DNA from: Salinivirgaceae bacterium
GTDB lineage: Bacteria; Bacteroidota; Bacteroidia; Bacteroidales; SZUA-534
Direction of reading: 5' to 3'
Assembly (NCBI GenBank): GCA_050179685.1
Contig: JBFXEW010000017.1
Span: 1 to 64,000 of the forward strand
Length of the DNA stretch: 64,000 nt
This document shows, one piece after another, positions 49,641-60,260 of the stretch. Position numbers and translations under genes: made by a program. How positions within the stretch are numbered: the stretch's first letter is position 1; the number at the start of each line of letters is the position of its first letter. The notes beneath the pieces are model-generated. The model worked only from the letters and a program-made list of their open reading frames with translations, did not search any database and was not told the origin of the DNA.

Positions 49641-51047
49641 ATGCATTGGATCGATTTAAGCATATTCAGCGTTTACCTGTTGTTGATGCTGGGTGTGGGT
49701 TTCTTTTTTTTAAAACGCAACAAATCGACTGACGATTATTTTGTGGGAGGCCGAAAAATGAACAGTCTGCATATTGGTCTTTCGGTAGTTGCTACCGATG
49801 TGGGTGGAGGCTTTTCCATTGGATTGGGCGGATTGGGATTTACCATGGGACTTTCGGGCAGTTGGCTGCTTTTTACCGGGCTTTTAGGAGCCTGGATTTC
49901 CGGAGTGCTGCTTATTCCAAAAGTTTCAGCTTTAGCCAGAAAAAACGGATTCTTAACTTTTCCTCAATTCTTAGGTGCCATATTCGACAAACGGGTAGCC
50001 CTGGTTGCAGGAGTAATTTCGGCCATTGGATACCTGGGTTTTACCAGTTCCCAAATTCTAGCCGGCGCAAAACTTGCCGCCTCAACCTTCGACGGATTAT
50101 CGATTCAAAACGCGTTATTACTGATGGGAACCATTGCGGTAATTTATACCGTTTTGGGCGGATTAAAAGCTGTAATATATACCGATACCGTACAATGGCT
50201 CATACTAATGTTCGGACTTATTTTTATAGGTTTACCTATAGCCTACCAGGCCGTTGGCGGAATTGAAGTAATTAAAGAAACCATTGCTCCGGAATTCCTC
50301 AGTCTTAAAAACGTGAGCTGGCAACAATTGGTAAACTGGGCTTTTACCATTATTCCCATTTGGTTTGTCGGAATGACACTTTACCAAAGAATATACGCAG
50401 CTAAAGATACCAAAACGGCTCAACGCGGTTGGTTTATTGCGGGTTTATTTGAATATCCGGTAATGGCATTTATTGGCGTTGTACTGGGAATGCTTGCCCG
50501 TGTAGCACTCGAAAACGGTCAACTAATTGGTTATACATCCGGAAATCTTGACGCTGAAATGGGCTTGCCCGTATTGCTGAAAACCATTCTGCCCGTAGGA
50601 TTTCTTGGCATAGTACTCTCTGCATATTTTTCGGCTATCATGTCAACAGCCGATAGTTGTTTAATGGCTTCGTCGGGAAATATACTAACCGACGTACTGG
50701 GTAAACACAATCAAAAAAACAGTTTACGCCTGTCGCAACTGCTTACCCTGGTTGTAGGAGTTGTAGCCCTGTTGCTCGCTTTAAAAATGGAAAATGTGCT
50801 GGAGCTGATGCTTTTATCGTACGCATTTATGGTTTCGGGCATGCTGGTTCCGGTAATTGCTGCCCTTTTTACCAAAAACCCCAATGCAAAAGCCTCATTA
50901 GTAGCCATGATTGCCGGAGGTTCAACCACTTTAACACTTATAATTGCACAAACTAAACTCCCCCTTGAACTCGATGCCAATATTTTTGGAATCACCGTTT
51001 CGGCACTAATGTATATTTTGGTACATCGAATAAGCACAAAAAAATAA
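49641..51047 (+). CDS. sodium:solute symporter family transporter
   Basis: 468 aa; 12-13 TM helices and an SSS-family N-terminal region. Confidence 0.8.
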   Translation: MHWIDLSIFSVYLLLMLGVGFFFLKRNKSTDDYFVGGRKMNSLHIGLSVVATDVGGGFSIGLGGLGFTMGLSGSWLLFTGLLGAWISGVLLIPKVSALARKNGFLTFPQFLGAIFDKRVALVAGVISAIGYLGFTSSQILAGAKLAASTFDGLSIQNALLLMGTIAVIYTVLGGLKAVIYTDTVQWLILMFGLIFIGLPIAYQAVGGIEVIKETIAPEFLSLKNVSWQQLVNWAFTIIPIWFVGMTLYQRIYAAKDTKTAQRGWFIAGLFEYPVMAFIGVVLGMLARVALENGQLIGYTSGNLDAEMGLPVLLKTILPVGFLGIVLSAYFSAIMSTADSCLMASSGNILTDVLGKHNQKNSLRLSQLLTLVVGVVALLLALKMENVLELMLLSYAFMVSGMLVPVIAALFTKNPNAKASLVAMIAGGSTTLTLIIAQTKLPLELDANIFGITVSALMYILVHRISTKK

Positions 51048-51242
51048 GCAATTACGCAAACGTTTTGCTAAAAACTAAGCTTGCTGTAAAATCCAATGCA
51101 GCAAGCTTTTGTTTTTTAAACCCTCCCTCCCAAAAAAAACAGAAATAAATACATTTTATAAAAATTAAAATATTTAGTTAGTTCGGTTTTTTATAAACTA
51201 ATTAACTATTAGTTTTGCATCCTGTTTTAAAACAAATAAACT

Positions 51243-51707
51243 ATGAATACCGAAGAACGCATTAAAAAGCAACGCGAACTAATCGAAAAAATTGGTTTGT
51301 ATTTCGATAAAGAAGGATTTCAACCCATTGCCGGTAGAATACTCGGACTATTGATGGTAATGGATAAAGAACAATTTACTTTTGATGAAATTGTTGAAGA
51401 ACTTCAAATCAGTAAAAGTTCAGCCAGTAATGCTCTAAAAAACCTTGAGATACGTGAGGATATTGAATACATTACCCAACCCGGCGACAGAAAAAGATAC
51501 TTTCAAATTCGAAAACAGGACAAGTTTAACCTGATAAAAACTTTTGAAAAAAAGATGCGCCATACCATGGAAATGTTCGATTGCATTCTCAGCCTGAAAG
51601 CCGACAAAAACTCAAGCAATGCTGTTTTTTTAAGTGAGATGAAAAATACACTGGAATTTGTACTCACCCAGTTAAATAAACTTATTGAAGAGTCGGAAAG
51701 CAAATAA
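51243..51707 (+). CDS. MarR/GbsR-like transcriptional regulator of efflux operon
   Basis: 154 aa; an HTH region (FTFDEIVEELQISKSSASNALKNLE) located upstream of the RND operon. Confidence 0.5.
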   Translation: MNTEERIKKQRELIEKIGLYFDKEGFQPIAGRILGLLMVMDKEQFTFDEIVEELQISKSSASNALKNLEIREDIEYITQPGDRKRYFQIRKQDKFNLIKTFEKKMRHTMEMFDCILSLKADKNSSNAVFLSEMKNTLEFVLTQLNKLIEESESK

Positions 51708-51815
51708 GTTTTTAACTTCATTTAGTTTACTGTTTTATAAACTAAAACAACTTAAGCCACTAAATAGGCAGACTTATTCAAATAAAAAGGACAAATAAAA
51801 AAATAATTTAATCAG

Positions 51816-53195
51816 ATGAAAATTAACGTATTTCTTGCATTAATGCTTGTATATCCGCTACTGACAAATGCTCAGAATCAGCCGCTGAGTTTTTCGCTCA
51901 GCGCAGCACAGGATTATGCATTACAGCACAATAAAACGCTTCAAAACTCGAAAGACGATGTTAAACTGGCTCACGAACAATACCGCGAAGCCCTTGGTGC
52001 CGGCTTGCCTAAAGTAGATGCCAAAGTTGATTACATGACCAACTTTAACTACGAAGCCGAATTTAGTTTTGGTTCTGACCCGACGACCCCTCCGGATTTT
52101 GATCCTACAAAATTTGATGAAGGTGATTTGGAAGTATTGAAACTAATAAACGGTATGTTTGGTTCCGGGGGGTCAACCATCGTTATGAAAGACCAGGCAA
52201 GTGCTAACCTGACGGTGTCGCAATTAATTTTTAGCGGACAGTACTGGGTTGGTTTGCAGATGTCCAAGCTGGGTAAACAGGTGCGCGAAACCAGCGTTAA
52301 CCTAACCGAACTTGAAGTTAAAGAACAGGTTAACAACGCATATTACCTTATTCTGGTTACTCAGGAATTAATCCAGGTTTTAAGCGAAAACACCAATAAC
52401 CTGAATGAACTTTTTATGCATACCAACAACATGTATAAATCGGGTATGGCCGAACAAACCGATGTTGACCAGATTAAAGTGAACCTTTCGTTGCTCGAAA
52501 ATTCAAAACGGGAAATGGAACGCAACCTGCAATTAAACTACAATATGTTTCGCCTGGTTTTGGGCATCGATTCCGAATCAGAAATAATTTTGACCGAGTC
52601 ATTAGAACAAATGGCAGTTTCAGCTGAAAGTATTGTACTGAACAAACCCGCTTTTGATATTAGCAATAACCCCAATTACAAATTGGTAAGTGTTCAGGAA
52701 GAACTAGGTGACAAACAGGTGAATCTGCAAAAATGGGCGTACGGACCTACTTTGGTTGGCTATTACAGTTACACCGAAAAAATAATGACTTCGGGCTTCG
52801 ATTTAACACCAAAAAATGCTGCCGGACTAACGCTTAACCTACCCATCTTTGCGGGTGGAACCAAACATGCGCAACTGAGCCAGAAAAAAATTGAACTCGA
52901 TAAAATTAAACGTAACAAAAGCTTACTGGAAGAACAACTTAAATTACAGGAAAACCAGCTTTCGTATGAATTATCGAGTGCTTACGACAATTACCTTGCG
53001 CAAAAAGAAAATGCAGCAGTAGCTTTACGGGTTTACCAAAGCTATCAGAATAAATACAGGCAGGGAGCCGTTTCGAGCATGGAGCTCACCCAAGCAAACA
53101 GCAATTATTTACAAGCGCAAAGCAACTATGTTTCGGCTGTGCTTAAATTGTTACAATCAAAACTGGCAATCGACAAACTTTACAATTCAATATAA
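51816..53195 (+). CDS. TolC-family outer membrane efflux protein
   Basis: 459 aa; a signal peptide and two OEP repeats. Confidence 0.8.
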   Translation: MKINVFLALMLVYPLLTNAQNQPLSFSLSAAQDYALQHNKTLQNSKDDVKLAHEQYREALGAGLPKVDAKVDYMTNFNYEAEFSFGSDPTTPPDFDPTKFDEGDLEVLKLINGMFGSGGSTIVMKDQASANLTVSQLIFSGQYWVGLQMSKLGKQVRETSVNLTELEVKEQVNNAYYLILVTQELIQVLSENTNNLNELFMHTNNMYKSGMAEQTDVDQIKVNLSLLENSKREMERNLQLNYNMFRLVLGIDSESEIILTESLEQMAVSAESIVLNKPAFDISNNPNYKLVSVQEELGDKQVNLQKWAYGPTLVGYYSYTEKIMTSGFDLTPKNAAGLTLNLPIFAGGTKHAQLSQKKIELDKIKRNKSLLEEQLKLQENQLSYELSSAYDNYLAQKENAAVALRVYQSYQNKYRQGAVSSMELTQANSNYLQAQSNYVSAVLKLLQSKLAIDKLYNSI

Positions 53196-53219
53196 TTAAC
53201 GCTTAAACATTATAATAAA

Positions 53220-54272
53220 ATGAAAACCATTCAATATATCGGAATTGCACTCTTTGCGCTCACTATGGTCTCGTGCGCAAATACTGAAAAAGAAACTACC
53301 CCTAATGAACCAGCTGCTGCCGAAGAGCGCACCTATCCGGTTAAGGTAGCAACCGTTGAACAGGAAATTATTGACCGTCCGCTGGAATATACAAGCAACC
53401 TGGCTGCCTTTAAAGAAATTTATTTTGCTCCGGTAACTCCGGGCCGTATCAGCAAAATTTTGGTTGAAGAAGATGATCGGATTCAGAAAGGCCAATTATT
53501 GGTTGAAATGGATAAAACCCAATTGAATCAGGCTAAAATTCAAAATGAAAGTGCTAAAATCAACTTTCAGCGCATCGACACCTTGTACCGACTGGGAAGT
53601 GCTTCAGAACAACAGCACGAACAACTAAAAACCCAGTACGACCTGACCAAAATGAATGTGGAATACCTTACGGAAAACACCCACCTGCTTTCGCCCATTA
53701 ATGGTGTGGTAACCGATAAGCATTTCGAAAATGGCGAACTTTTTTCAGGAGCACCCAATACGGTTGTCGGAAAAGCAGCAATTTTAACCTTGATGCAGAT
53801 AAACCCAATGAAAGCCCTGGTAAGTGTATCGCAAAGCTATTTTAACCAGATAAAAAAAGGAATGGAAGCCGAAATTAACACCAGCCTCTATCCCGACAAG
53901 GTTTTTAACGGTAAGGTTGATAAAATTCACCCCACCATCGATGCAGCAACACGTACCTTTAAAGTTGAAGTTTTGATTGATAATCCGAAAGAAGAACTAC
54001 GCCCCGGAATGTTTGCAGCTATCAGCATCAACATGGAAAAAACAAAAGCGTTGGTTGTTCCTTCGATAACCGTATTAAAACAAGAAGGAACCAACAACCG
54101 CTACGTTTTTGTGAACAACAAGGGCGTGGCTAAAAAGGTGAGCGTAGAAGTTGGAAAACGCTTCGACGACAAAATTGAAATCATCAGCGACGAAATAGCT
54201 GTTGGAACCCAACTAATTGTTGAAGGACAAGCCAACTTAATGGATGGTTCCAAAATCGATGTGTTAAACTAA
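53220..54272 (+). CDS. efflux RND periplasmic adaptor (membrane fusion protein)
   Basis: 350 aa; a lipobox (MVSCAN) and HlyD-like coiled-coil/beta-barrel regions. Confidence 0.8.
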   Translation: MKTIQYIGIALFALTMVSCANTEKETTPNEPAAAEERTYPVKVATVEQEIIDRPLEYTSNLAAFKEIYFAPVTPGRISKILVEEDDRIQKGQLLVEMDKTQLNQAKIQNESAKINFQRIDTLYRLGSASEQQHEQLKTQYDLTKMNVEYLTENTHLLSPINGVVTDKHFENGELFSGAPNTVVGKAAILTLMQINPMKALVSVSQSYFNQIKKGMEAEINTSLYPDKVFNGKVDKIHPTIDAATRTFKVEVLIDNPKEELRPGMFAAISINMEKTKALVVPSITVLKQEGTNNRYVFVNNKGVAKKVSVEVGKRFDDKIEIISDEIAVGTQLIVEGQANLMDGSKIDVLN

Positions 54273-54302
54273 AAGCCTTTTAAATCAGATAAATAAAATA
54301 TT

Positions 54303-57300
54303 ATGAGTATTTACGGAAGTGCTGTAAAAAAACCAATAACCACCATCATGATTTTTATGGCAGTTATTGTATTCGGCTTGTACTCGTTGGTAAAATTGCC
54401 CATCGACATGTACCCCGATATTGAATTCCCGGCTATTACGGTGTTTACCACCTATCCCGGTTCCAATGCTGCCGATATCGAAACCAATATATCGCGACCT
54501 ATTGAAAATTCGCTAAACACCCTCGACAACCTGAAAAAAATCAGTTCGGTGTCGCGCGATAACATTTCGGTGGTTTCACTTGAATTTGAATACGAATCGG
54601 ATTTGAGCGAAGCAGCCAACGACATTCGCGATGCCTTGTCGCTGGTTGAAAAATCGTTGCCCGAAGATGCTGAAAAACCCACCATCTTCAAATTCAGTTC
54701 AAGTATGATTCCCATCATGATGTTCGCCATCACGGCCGAAGAAAGTTATGAAGGTATTGAAAAAATTCTGGACGAAAAACTGGTAAACCCGCTTAACCGT
54801 ATCGATGGAATTGGTTCCATCAGCCTGATAGGTTCGCCCATCCGGCAAATTAGCATCGATATAAATCCAAAAAAACTGGAAGCCTACAACATTTCAGTTG
54901 AACAGATTGGAAATATTTTGCGGGCTGAGAACCTGAATATGCCATCGGGAACCATTAAGATGGGCCAAATGAACTATCCGCTTCGGGTTGAAGGCGAATT
55001 TAGCGAAAGCGATCAGATTGAAGACCTGGTTTTGGGCAACTTTAACGGCCAAACCATTTATTTAAAAGATGTGGCATCGGTGCGCGACTCGATTAAAGAA
55101 ATGACCATCGATGAAAAAATAAATGGCAAACAGGGTGTGCGCATGATGATTATGAAGCAATCGGGAGCCAATACCGTAAAAATAGCCCGCGACATCAACA
55201 AAAAACTTGCCGATCTGAAAACCGAGTTGCCTAAAGATATTACGGTTACCTCAGTTTACGATTCAAGTGAATTTATTAACGGTTCAATAAATAACCTGAC
55301 AACTTCATTAATGTACGCCCTGATATTTGTTACCCTGGTGGTAATGTTCTTTTTAGGACGCTGGCGGGCTACATTTATTATTGTATTAACCATTCCCATT
55401 TCACTTATCGTTGCTTTTGTTTACCTGTACGTTTCCGGAAGTTCCATAAATATTATTTCGCTATCGGCACTTTCTATCGCTATTGGAATGGTGGTTGACG
55501 ATGCCATTGTGGTACTCGAAAACATTGCCAAGCACATCGACCGGGGAGCCAGTCCGCGCGAGGCAGCAATTTATGCAACCAACGAAGTTTGGATGGCTGT
55601 AATTGTTACCACCTTAACGGTAGTTGCAGTGTTCTTCCCCATGACTATGGTAAGCGGAATGACCGGAATTATGTTCCGCGAGCTGGGCTGGATTGTAACC
55701 ATAACTGTAACTACCTCTACTTTGGCTGCAATTACGCTGACACCCATGTTGAGCTCAAAATTATTGCGCCTGCAAAAAAATACCACAGACGTAAAAAAAT
55801 TCAGCTTCGATAAAATTATACTGCCCTATTTTAACCGCCTGGATAACTGGTACGGAAAAGTATTGGGATGGAGTTTAAAAAACCGGTGGAAACTTATTAT
55901 TGGCGCATTAACCATATTTATTGCCAGCCTAATTATGGCCGGTAACCTGGGCGCAGAATTTATGCCTGAAACCGACGAAGGCCGATTCAGCATGGAGGTT
56001 GAACTGCAATCGGGAACCCGCGTGGAAAAAACCGTTGCACTGGCCCGCCAAATCGATTCTATTCTGTATTCCTTCCCTGAAATTGAACTGGTAAGTACAT
56101 CGGCAGGAAGCGACGAGGATGGCGGAATGATGGCTATGTTCTTTTCTACCGGAACTAACATGATTAATTACACCGTTAAACTGAAGCATGTTGAAGAACG
56201 AACCCGCACTATCTGGGATATTGCCGAAGAAGTTCGCATACAACTCAATAAGTTTCCACAGATAACCAATTACAACATTACTTTAGGTAGCGGAGGTATG
56301 TCGGGTGGCAATGCTGTTGATGTTGAAATTTACGGCTACAACCTTGATGTAACAACCCACCTGGCTAATCAACTGGCGCAAAAACTGGAAAATGTTCCGG
56401 GAGCCCGTAACATTCAAATCAGTCGCGAAAAATCGAAACCCGAACTGCGAATTGAACTCGACCGCGAAAAAATGGCTGCGGTAGGATTAAACACAGCTAT
56501 GGTTTCAACAGCCCTTTACAACCGTATTGCCGGTTTAACGGCTACCATATACCGCGAACAAGGTGAAGAGTACGATGTAGTAATCCGCTTTGAAGAAGAA
56601 TACCGCAATTCAATTACCGATTTAGAACAGATTTTATTGCAAACGGCCACTGGTAAAACAGTACGACTGGGCGATGTAGGTCAGGTAAAAGAATACTGGT
56701 CGCCACCAAATATTGAACGTCAGCGTCGCGAACGGATTGTAAAAGTATCGGCAACACCATACAAAGTTGCTTTGGGAGACTTAGCTGCAAACATTCAGGC
56801 TGAGATTAACAAAATGGATATTCCCAAAGATGTTATGATTGAAGTAGGTGGAGCTTACGAAGACCAGATGGAAAGTTTTATGGATTTGGGTTTATTACTC
56901 TTGCTCAGTCTGGTATTGGTTTACATTGTAATGGCCTCGCAATTTGAATCGTTAAAAATGCCATTAATTATTATGATTTCGATTCCTTTTGCTTTTACCG
57001 GAGTAATACTTGCCTTGCTGGCAACCGGAACCAATTTAAGTGTTATTGCAGCATTAGGAGCCATTATGCTGGTAGGAATTGTGGTTAAAAATGCCATTGT
57101 ACTGGTCGATTACATTAACCTGATGCGCGAACGCGGGCTGGAACTCGATCTGGCGATTATTGAATCGGGAAAATCGAGATTACGTCCTGTATTAATGACA
57201 GCCTTAACAACCATTTTGGGTATGTTACCGCTGGCTTTGAGTACCGGCGAAGGTTCTGAAATATGGAGCCCCATGGGAATCTCAGTAATTGGTGGTCTGC

Positions 57301-57419
57301 TCTTTTCAACGGTAATTACCATGATAATTGTTCCGGTAATTTACCGGATGTTTGCTACCAAAGGCGAACGGAACAAATCGAAAGATGTTAGAGCCCAGTT
57401 TAATTTTATGGATAATTAA
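54303..57419 (+). CDS. RND efflux transporter permease (AcrB/HAE1 family)
   Basis: 1038 aa; 12 TM helices, two large periplasmic loops, and the characteristic N-terminus (PITTIMIFMAVIVFG). Confidence 0.9.
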   Translation: MSIYGSAVKKPITTIMIFMAVIVFGLYSLVKLPIDMYPDIEFPAITVFTTYPGSNAADIETNISRPIENSLNTLDNLKKISSVSRDNISVVSLEFEYESDLSEAANDIRDALSLVEKSLPEDAEKPTIFKFSSSMIPIMMFAITAEESYEGIEKILDEKLVNPLNRIDGIGSISLIGSPIRQISIDINPKKLEAYNISVEQIGNILRAENLNMPSGTIKMGQMNYPLRVEGEFSESDQIEDLVLGNFNGQTIYLKDVASVRDSIKEMTIDEKINGKQGVRMMIMKQSGANTVKIARDINKKLADLKTELPKDITVTSVYDSSEFINGSINNLTTSLMYALIFVTLVVMFFLGRWRATFIIVLTIPISLIVAFVYLYVSGSSINIISLSALSIAIGMVVDDAIVVLENIAKHIDRGASPREAAIYATNEVWMAVIVTTLTVVAVFFPMTMVSGMTGIMFRELGWIVTITVTTSTLAAITLTPMLSSKLLRLQKNTTDVKKFSFDKIILPYFNRLDNWYGKVLGWSLKNRWKLIIGALTIFIASLIMAGNLGAEFMPETDEGRFSMEVELQSGTRVEKTVALARQIDSILYSFPEIELVSTSAGSDEDGGMMAMFFSTGTNMINYTVKLKHVEERTRTIWDIAEEVRIQLNKFPQITNYNITLGSGGMSGGNAVDVEIYGYNLDVTTHLANQLAQKLENVPGARNIQISREKSKPELRIELDREKMAAVGLNTAMVSTALYNRIAGLTATIYREQGEEYDVVIRFEEEYRNSITDLEQILLQTATGKTVRLGDVGQVKEYWSPPNIERQRRERIVKVSATPYKVALGDLAANIQAEINKMDIPKDVMIEVGGAYEDQMESFMDLGLLLLLSLVLVYIVMASQFESLKMPLIIMISIPFAFTGVILALLATGTNLSVIAALGAIMLVGIVVKNAIVLVDYINLMRERGLELDLAIIESGKSRLRPVLMTALTTILGMLPLALSTGEGSEIWSPMGISVIGGLLFSTVITMIIVPVIYRMFATKGERNKSKDVRAQFNFMDN

Positions 57420-57431
57420 AAACACAGCATT

Positions 57432-57725
57432 ATGAAAGCAGTTTTTATAATATACAATCAGGCCCACTCCGAAAAAGTGGAATACATGTTAGACAAGCTA
57501 AACATCCGGGGATTTACCCAATGGGGCAATGTAAGCGGACGTGGAAGTGAAACCGGAGTTCCGCACATGGGAACTCATACCTGGCCCGAAATGAATTCAG
57601 CTATTATTACCGTAGTTGAAGACTCGTTGGTAGACACTGTACTTGATAAAGTTCAGAAACTGAATGCCATTAACGAGGAGGTTGGCATACGGGCTTTTGT
57701 GTGGGAAGTTCTAAAGTCAGTTTAA
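57432..57725 (+). CDS. P-II-like small protein (DUF3240/PG0541-like), efflux-associated
   Basis: 97 aa; commonly follows RND pumps in Bacteroidota. Confidence 0.4.
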   Translation: MKAVFIIYNQAHSEKVEYMLDKLNIRGFTQWGNVSGRGSETGVPHMGTHTWPEMNSAIITVVEDSLVDTVLDKVQKLNAINEEVGIRAFVWEVLKSV

Positions 57726-57748
57726 CACAAGATTTAATAATTCTAAAA

Positions 57749-57788
57749 ATCGTCGGGAGAAGTGTGAACTCCCGACGATTTTCTTTTT
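57749..57788. terminator. bidirectional intrinsic terminator
   Basis: An AATCGTCGGGAG...CTCCCGACGATT stem is followed by TTTCTTTTT, between convergent genes. Confidence 0.7.
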
Positions 57789-58197
57789 AATGCCAGGCTC
57801 CTAAAATAGCACCCATTACCATAAGAAAAACCAACTGGTATCCTGAATTTATGGCCCAAAGCTTAAACGAACGCCTTTCGTACTGATAAGTAACCCCCAT
57901 TGATGTTACAATAAAAGCAACACCAATATAAAATCCGTGGGTTAATCCGACCAGCCAGTTTACTTTCGATGCATCGATTACATGAAATAAAAAAGCCATT
58001 CCAAAAGCCATTACCAGCGTTAACAAAAAGCTGATTCCAAAAATCTGAATCATGTTTCCCTCACGCAAATATTCCTCAGTATAACCCAATTCTTTTTGCC
58101 AGGCTTTTCCAAAAAGAGGGCCATACCAAAGAGAACCTATACCAAAAGCCAAAACTGCTGAAACCAGCACTGCCAAATAGTTTACCGAATAATCCAT
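57787..58197 (-). CDS. DUF1761-like membrane protein
   Basis: 136 aa; four hydrophobic helices. Confidence 0.4.
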   Translation of the reverse strand: MDYSVNYLAVLVSAVLAFGIGSLWYGPLFGKAWQKELGYTEEYLREGNMIQIFGISFLLTLVMAFGMAFLFHVIDASKVNWLVGLTHGFYIGVAFIVTSMGVTYQYERRSFKLWAINSGYQLVFLMVMGAILGAWH

Positions 58198-58308
58198 AGT
58201 TCAATATTTAATTGGTTAAACAAAAACCAAGTTATATTTTTTTAGGTTTTCTACCAAACCCTGAAAAATTCAAAATTAACTACCCAGAAAAAAATTGGCT
58301 GATACAAA

Positions 58309-58854
58309 CTATTCCGATGCGGTTTCGCTTTCGATTTTAGTACCGCAAATACTGCAAAATTGCGATTTCTTTTGGTCAATATCTTCAACATAGGTACTTG
58401 AACGCATTACGCAGGTGGGAACCTGGCAATGAACCAATCCGAACATGTGTCCCAATTCATGAATAATTACTTTTTTAAATCGTAAAAAAGTAAGTTCATA
58501 ATCAGGAGCTAAGCCATATTGCTCGTTACGCAAGCGGTAATTCGAAACTACCCCCGAATTTCCATTAAAAATGGCCTGGCCAAACAAAAAGGTTAAAATG
58601 GGAATGTATAAATCGACTGAAATAAGTGCAATTTTTTTATCGTTTTCGGTATCTTCATTGGCATCGAGCCAATGCAATATTTTATTGGCATCATATTGTC
58701 GGCGCTTAAAATCGTAAAAAGGCTCTATATCTAAATCCAGATTACGTAAATGCACCTGCCGGTTAAAAGTTAGTGAAACTTCCTGGCTAAGTCGTTGCAA
58801 ACAGTCCGGTTCAAACTGCCCCTTTATAAAGAATATGATTTGTTGTTTCTTCAA
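58309..58854 (-). CDS. archaemetzincin-like zinc metallopeptidase
   Basis: 181 aa; HELGHMFGLVHC followed by additional Cys (CVM...CSICG), as in the AmzA family. Confidence 0.55.
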   Translation of the reverse strand: MKKQQIIFFIKGQFEPDCLQRLSQEVSLTFNRQVHLRNLDLDIEPFYDFKRRQYDANKILHWLDANEDTENDKKIALISVDLYIPILTFLFGQAIFNGNSGVVSNYRLRNEQYGLAPDYELTFLRFKKVIIHELGHMFGLVHCQVPTCVMRSSTYVEDIDQKKSQFCSICGTKIESETASE

Positions 58855-58901
58855 CTAGCTGATTTACAATAAAACTATATTACAATTTTTAAAAAAACAA
58901 G

Positions 58902-60245
58902 TTAATCAGTTTCTGATTTTAAATCGTATTTTTTAATCTTATTATACAAGGTTACCCGGTCGATGCTCAATGCTTTCGATGCGCGCGATATATTCCAATT
59001 GTATTTGTTTAAAATAAGCTGAATGTGTCTTTTTTCCAAATCTTCGAGACTTTCGGCTGAATTGTATACAATTTCTTTACCTAAAGGCAAATCTTTAAGC
59101 CTGATTTCTTTTCCGTTACCAATTACAATAGCCCGTTCAATCATGTTTTCCAGTTCGCGCACATTACCCGGAAATTCAAATTCCTCAATGCGTTTCATGG
59201 CAGCCGGCTCCACAGAAACCATATCACGGCTCATGGCATTGCAGTATTTTTTTATAAAATAATCGACCAGTAAAGGAATATCTTCAACCCTCTCACGTAG
59301 CGGAGGAACATGAATGTTTACCACATTTAAGCGATAGTACAAATCTTCGCGGAAGGTGCCGTTTTCGACCATTTTTTTCAGGTTTTTGTTGGTGGCACAA
59401 ATCACCCTAAAATCAGATTTAATTTCCTTGTTTCCGCCCACCCGAACAAAGCTTTTGGTTTCGAGTACGCGCAACAGTTCAACCTGCATCTTGGTTGAAA
59501 TAGTAGCTATTTCATCTAAAAAGATGGTTCCGCCGTCGGCCATTTCAAAGCGCCCTTTTCGGTTAAACATGGCCCCGGTAAACGCACCTTTTTCGTGTCC
59601 AAACAATTCGCTTTCGAGCAAACTCTCGGTTAAAGCTCCGCAATGCACACTTACCAGCGAAAAGTATTTGCGTGGGGAATTAAAGTGGATGGCGCGAGCT
59701 ATGAGTTCTTTTCCGGTTCCGCTTTCGCCGGTAATTATAACCGATGAATTGGATTGGGCAACGCTTTCAATTTCTTTAAAAACTTTCATCATGGGCTCGC
59801 TCACACCAATAATATCTTCCACATTTTCGAGCGAAACTACTTTATTTCGCAGGGCATCGTTTTCGGTTTTAAGCGAAATGTGCTTGGTAGCGTTGCGGAT
59901 TAAGTGCGAAAGATCGTCGGGGTCGAATGGTTTGGTAACATAATCGTAAGCACCGTCTTTTAAAGCCTGAACAGCCGTATCGACCGAAGCAAAAGCAGTC
60001 ATTATTATAACAATGGCGTCTTTGTTTAAAACCTTTATGCGGCGGTGCATCTCCAAACCATCCATGCCGGGCATTTTAATATCGGCCAAAACAATATCGA
60101 AGCTTTTCGACTCCAATAAACTCAGTGCCTCTTTTGCATCGGCAGCACAAGCAACCTGGTAACCGTCTTCGATAAACCAATTGTTCAGCGAATCGCGAAC
60201 CGATGCTTCATCGTCAACAATAAGTATGGAAATTGATTTTGCCAT
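58902..60245 (-). CDS. sigma-54-dependent response regulator (NtrC family)
   Basis: 447 aa; a receiver Asp pocket, an AAA+ sigma-54 activator domain (GESGTGKE, GAFTGA) and a C-terminal HTH. Confidence 0.85.
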   Translation of the reverse strand: MAKSISILIVDDEASVRDSLNNWFIEDGYQVACAADAKEALSLLESKSFDIVLADIKMPGMDGLEMHRRIKVLNKDAIVIIMTAFASVDTAVQALKDGAYDYVTKPFDPDDLSHLIRNATKHISLKTENDALRNKVVSLENVEDIIGVSEPMMKVFKEIESVAQSNSSVIITGESGTGKELIARAIHFNSPRKYFSLVSVHCGALTESLLESELFGHEKGAFTGAMFNRKGRFEMADGGTIFLDEIATISTKMQVELLRVLETKSFVRVGGNKEIKSDFRVICATNKNLKKMVENGTFREDLYYRLNVVNIHVPPLRERVEDIPLLVDYFIKKYCNAMSRDMVSVEPAAMKRIEEFEFPGNVRELENMIERAIVIGNGKEIRLKDLPLGKEIVYNSAESLEDLEKRHIQLILNKYNWNISRASKALSIDRVTLYNKIKKYDLKSETD

Positions 60246-60260
60246 AATACAATCCTTTCT

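Noticed and set aside
49862-50266. 134-aa plus-strand ORF rich in Arg/Ser
   Set aside because: It is an alternate frame inside the SSS transporter gene. Its composition is typical of an out-of-frame read of a membrane protein gene.
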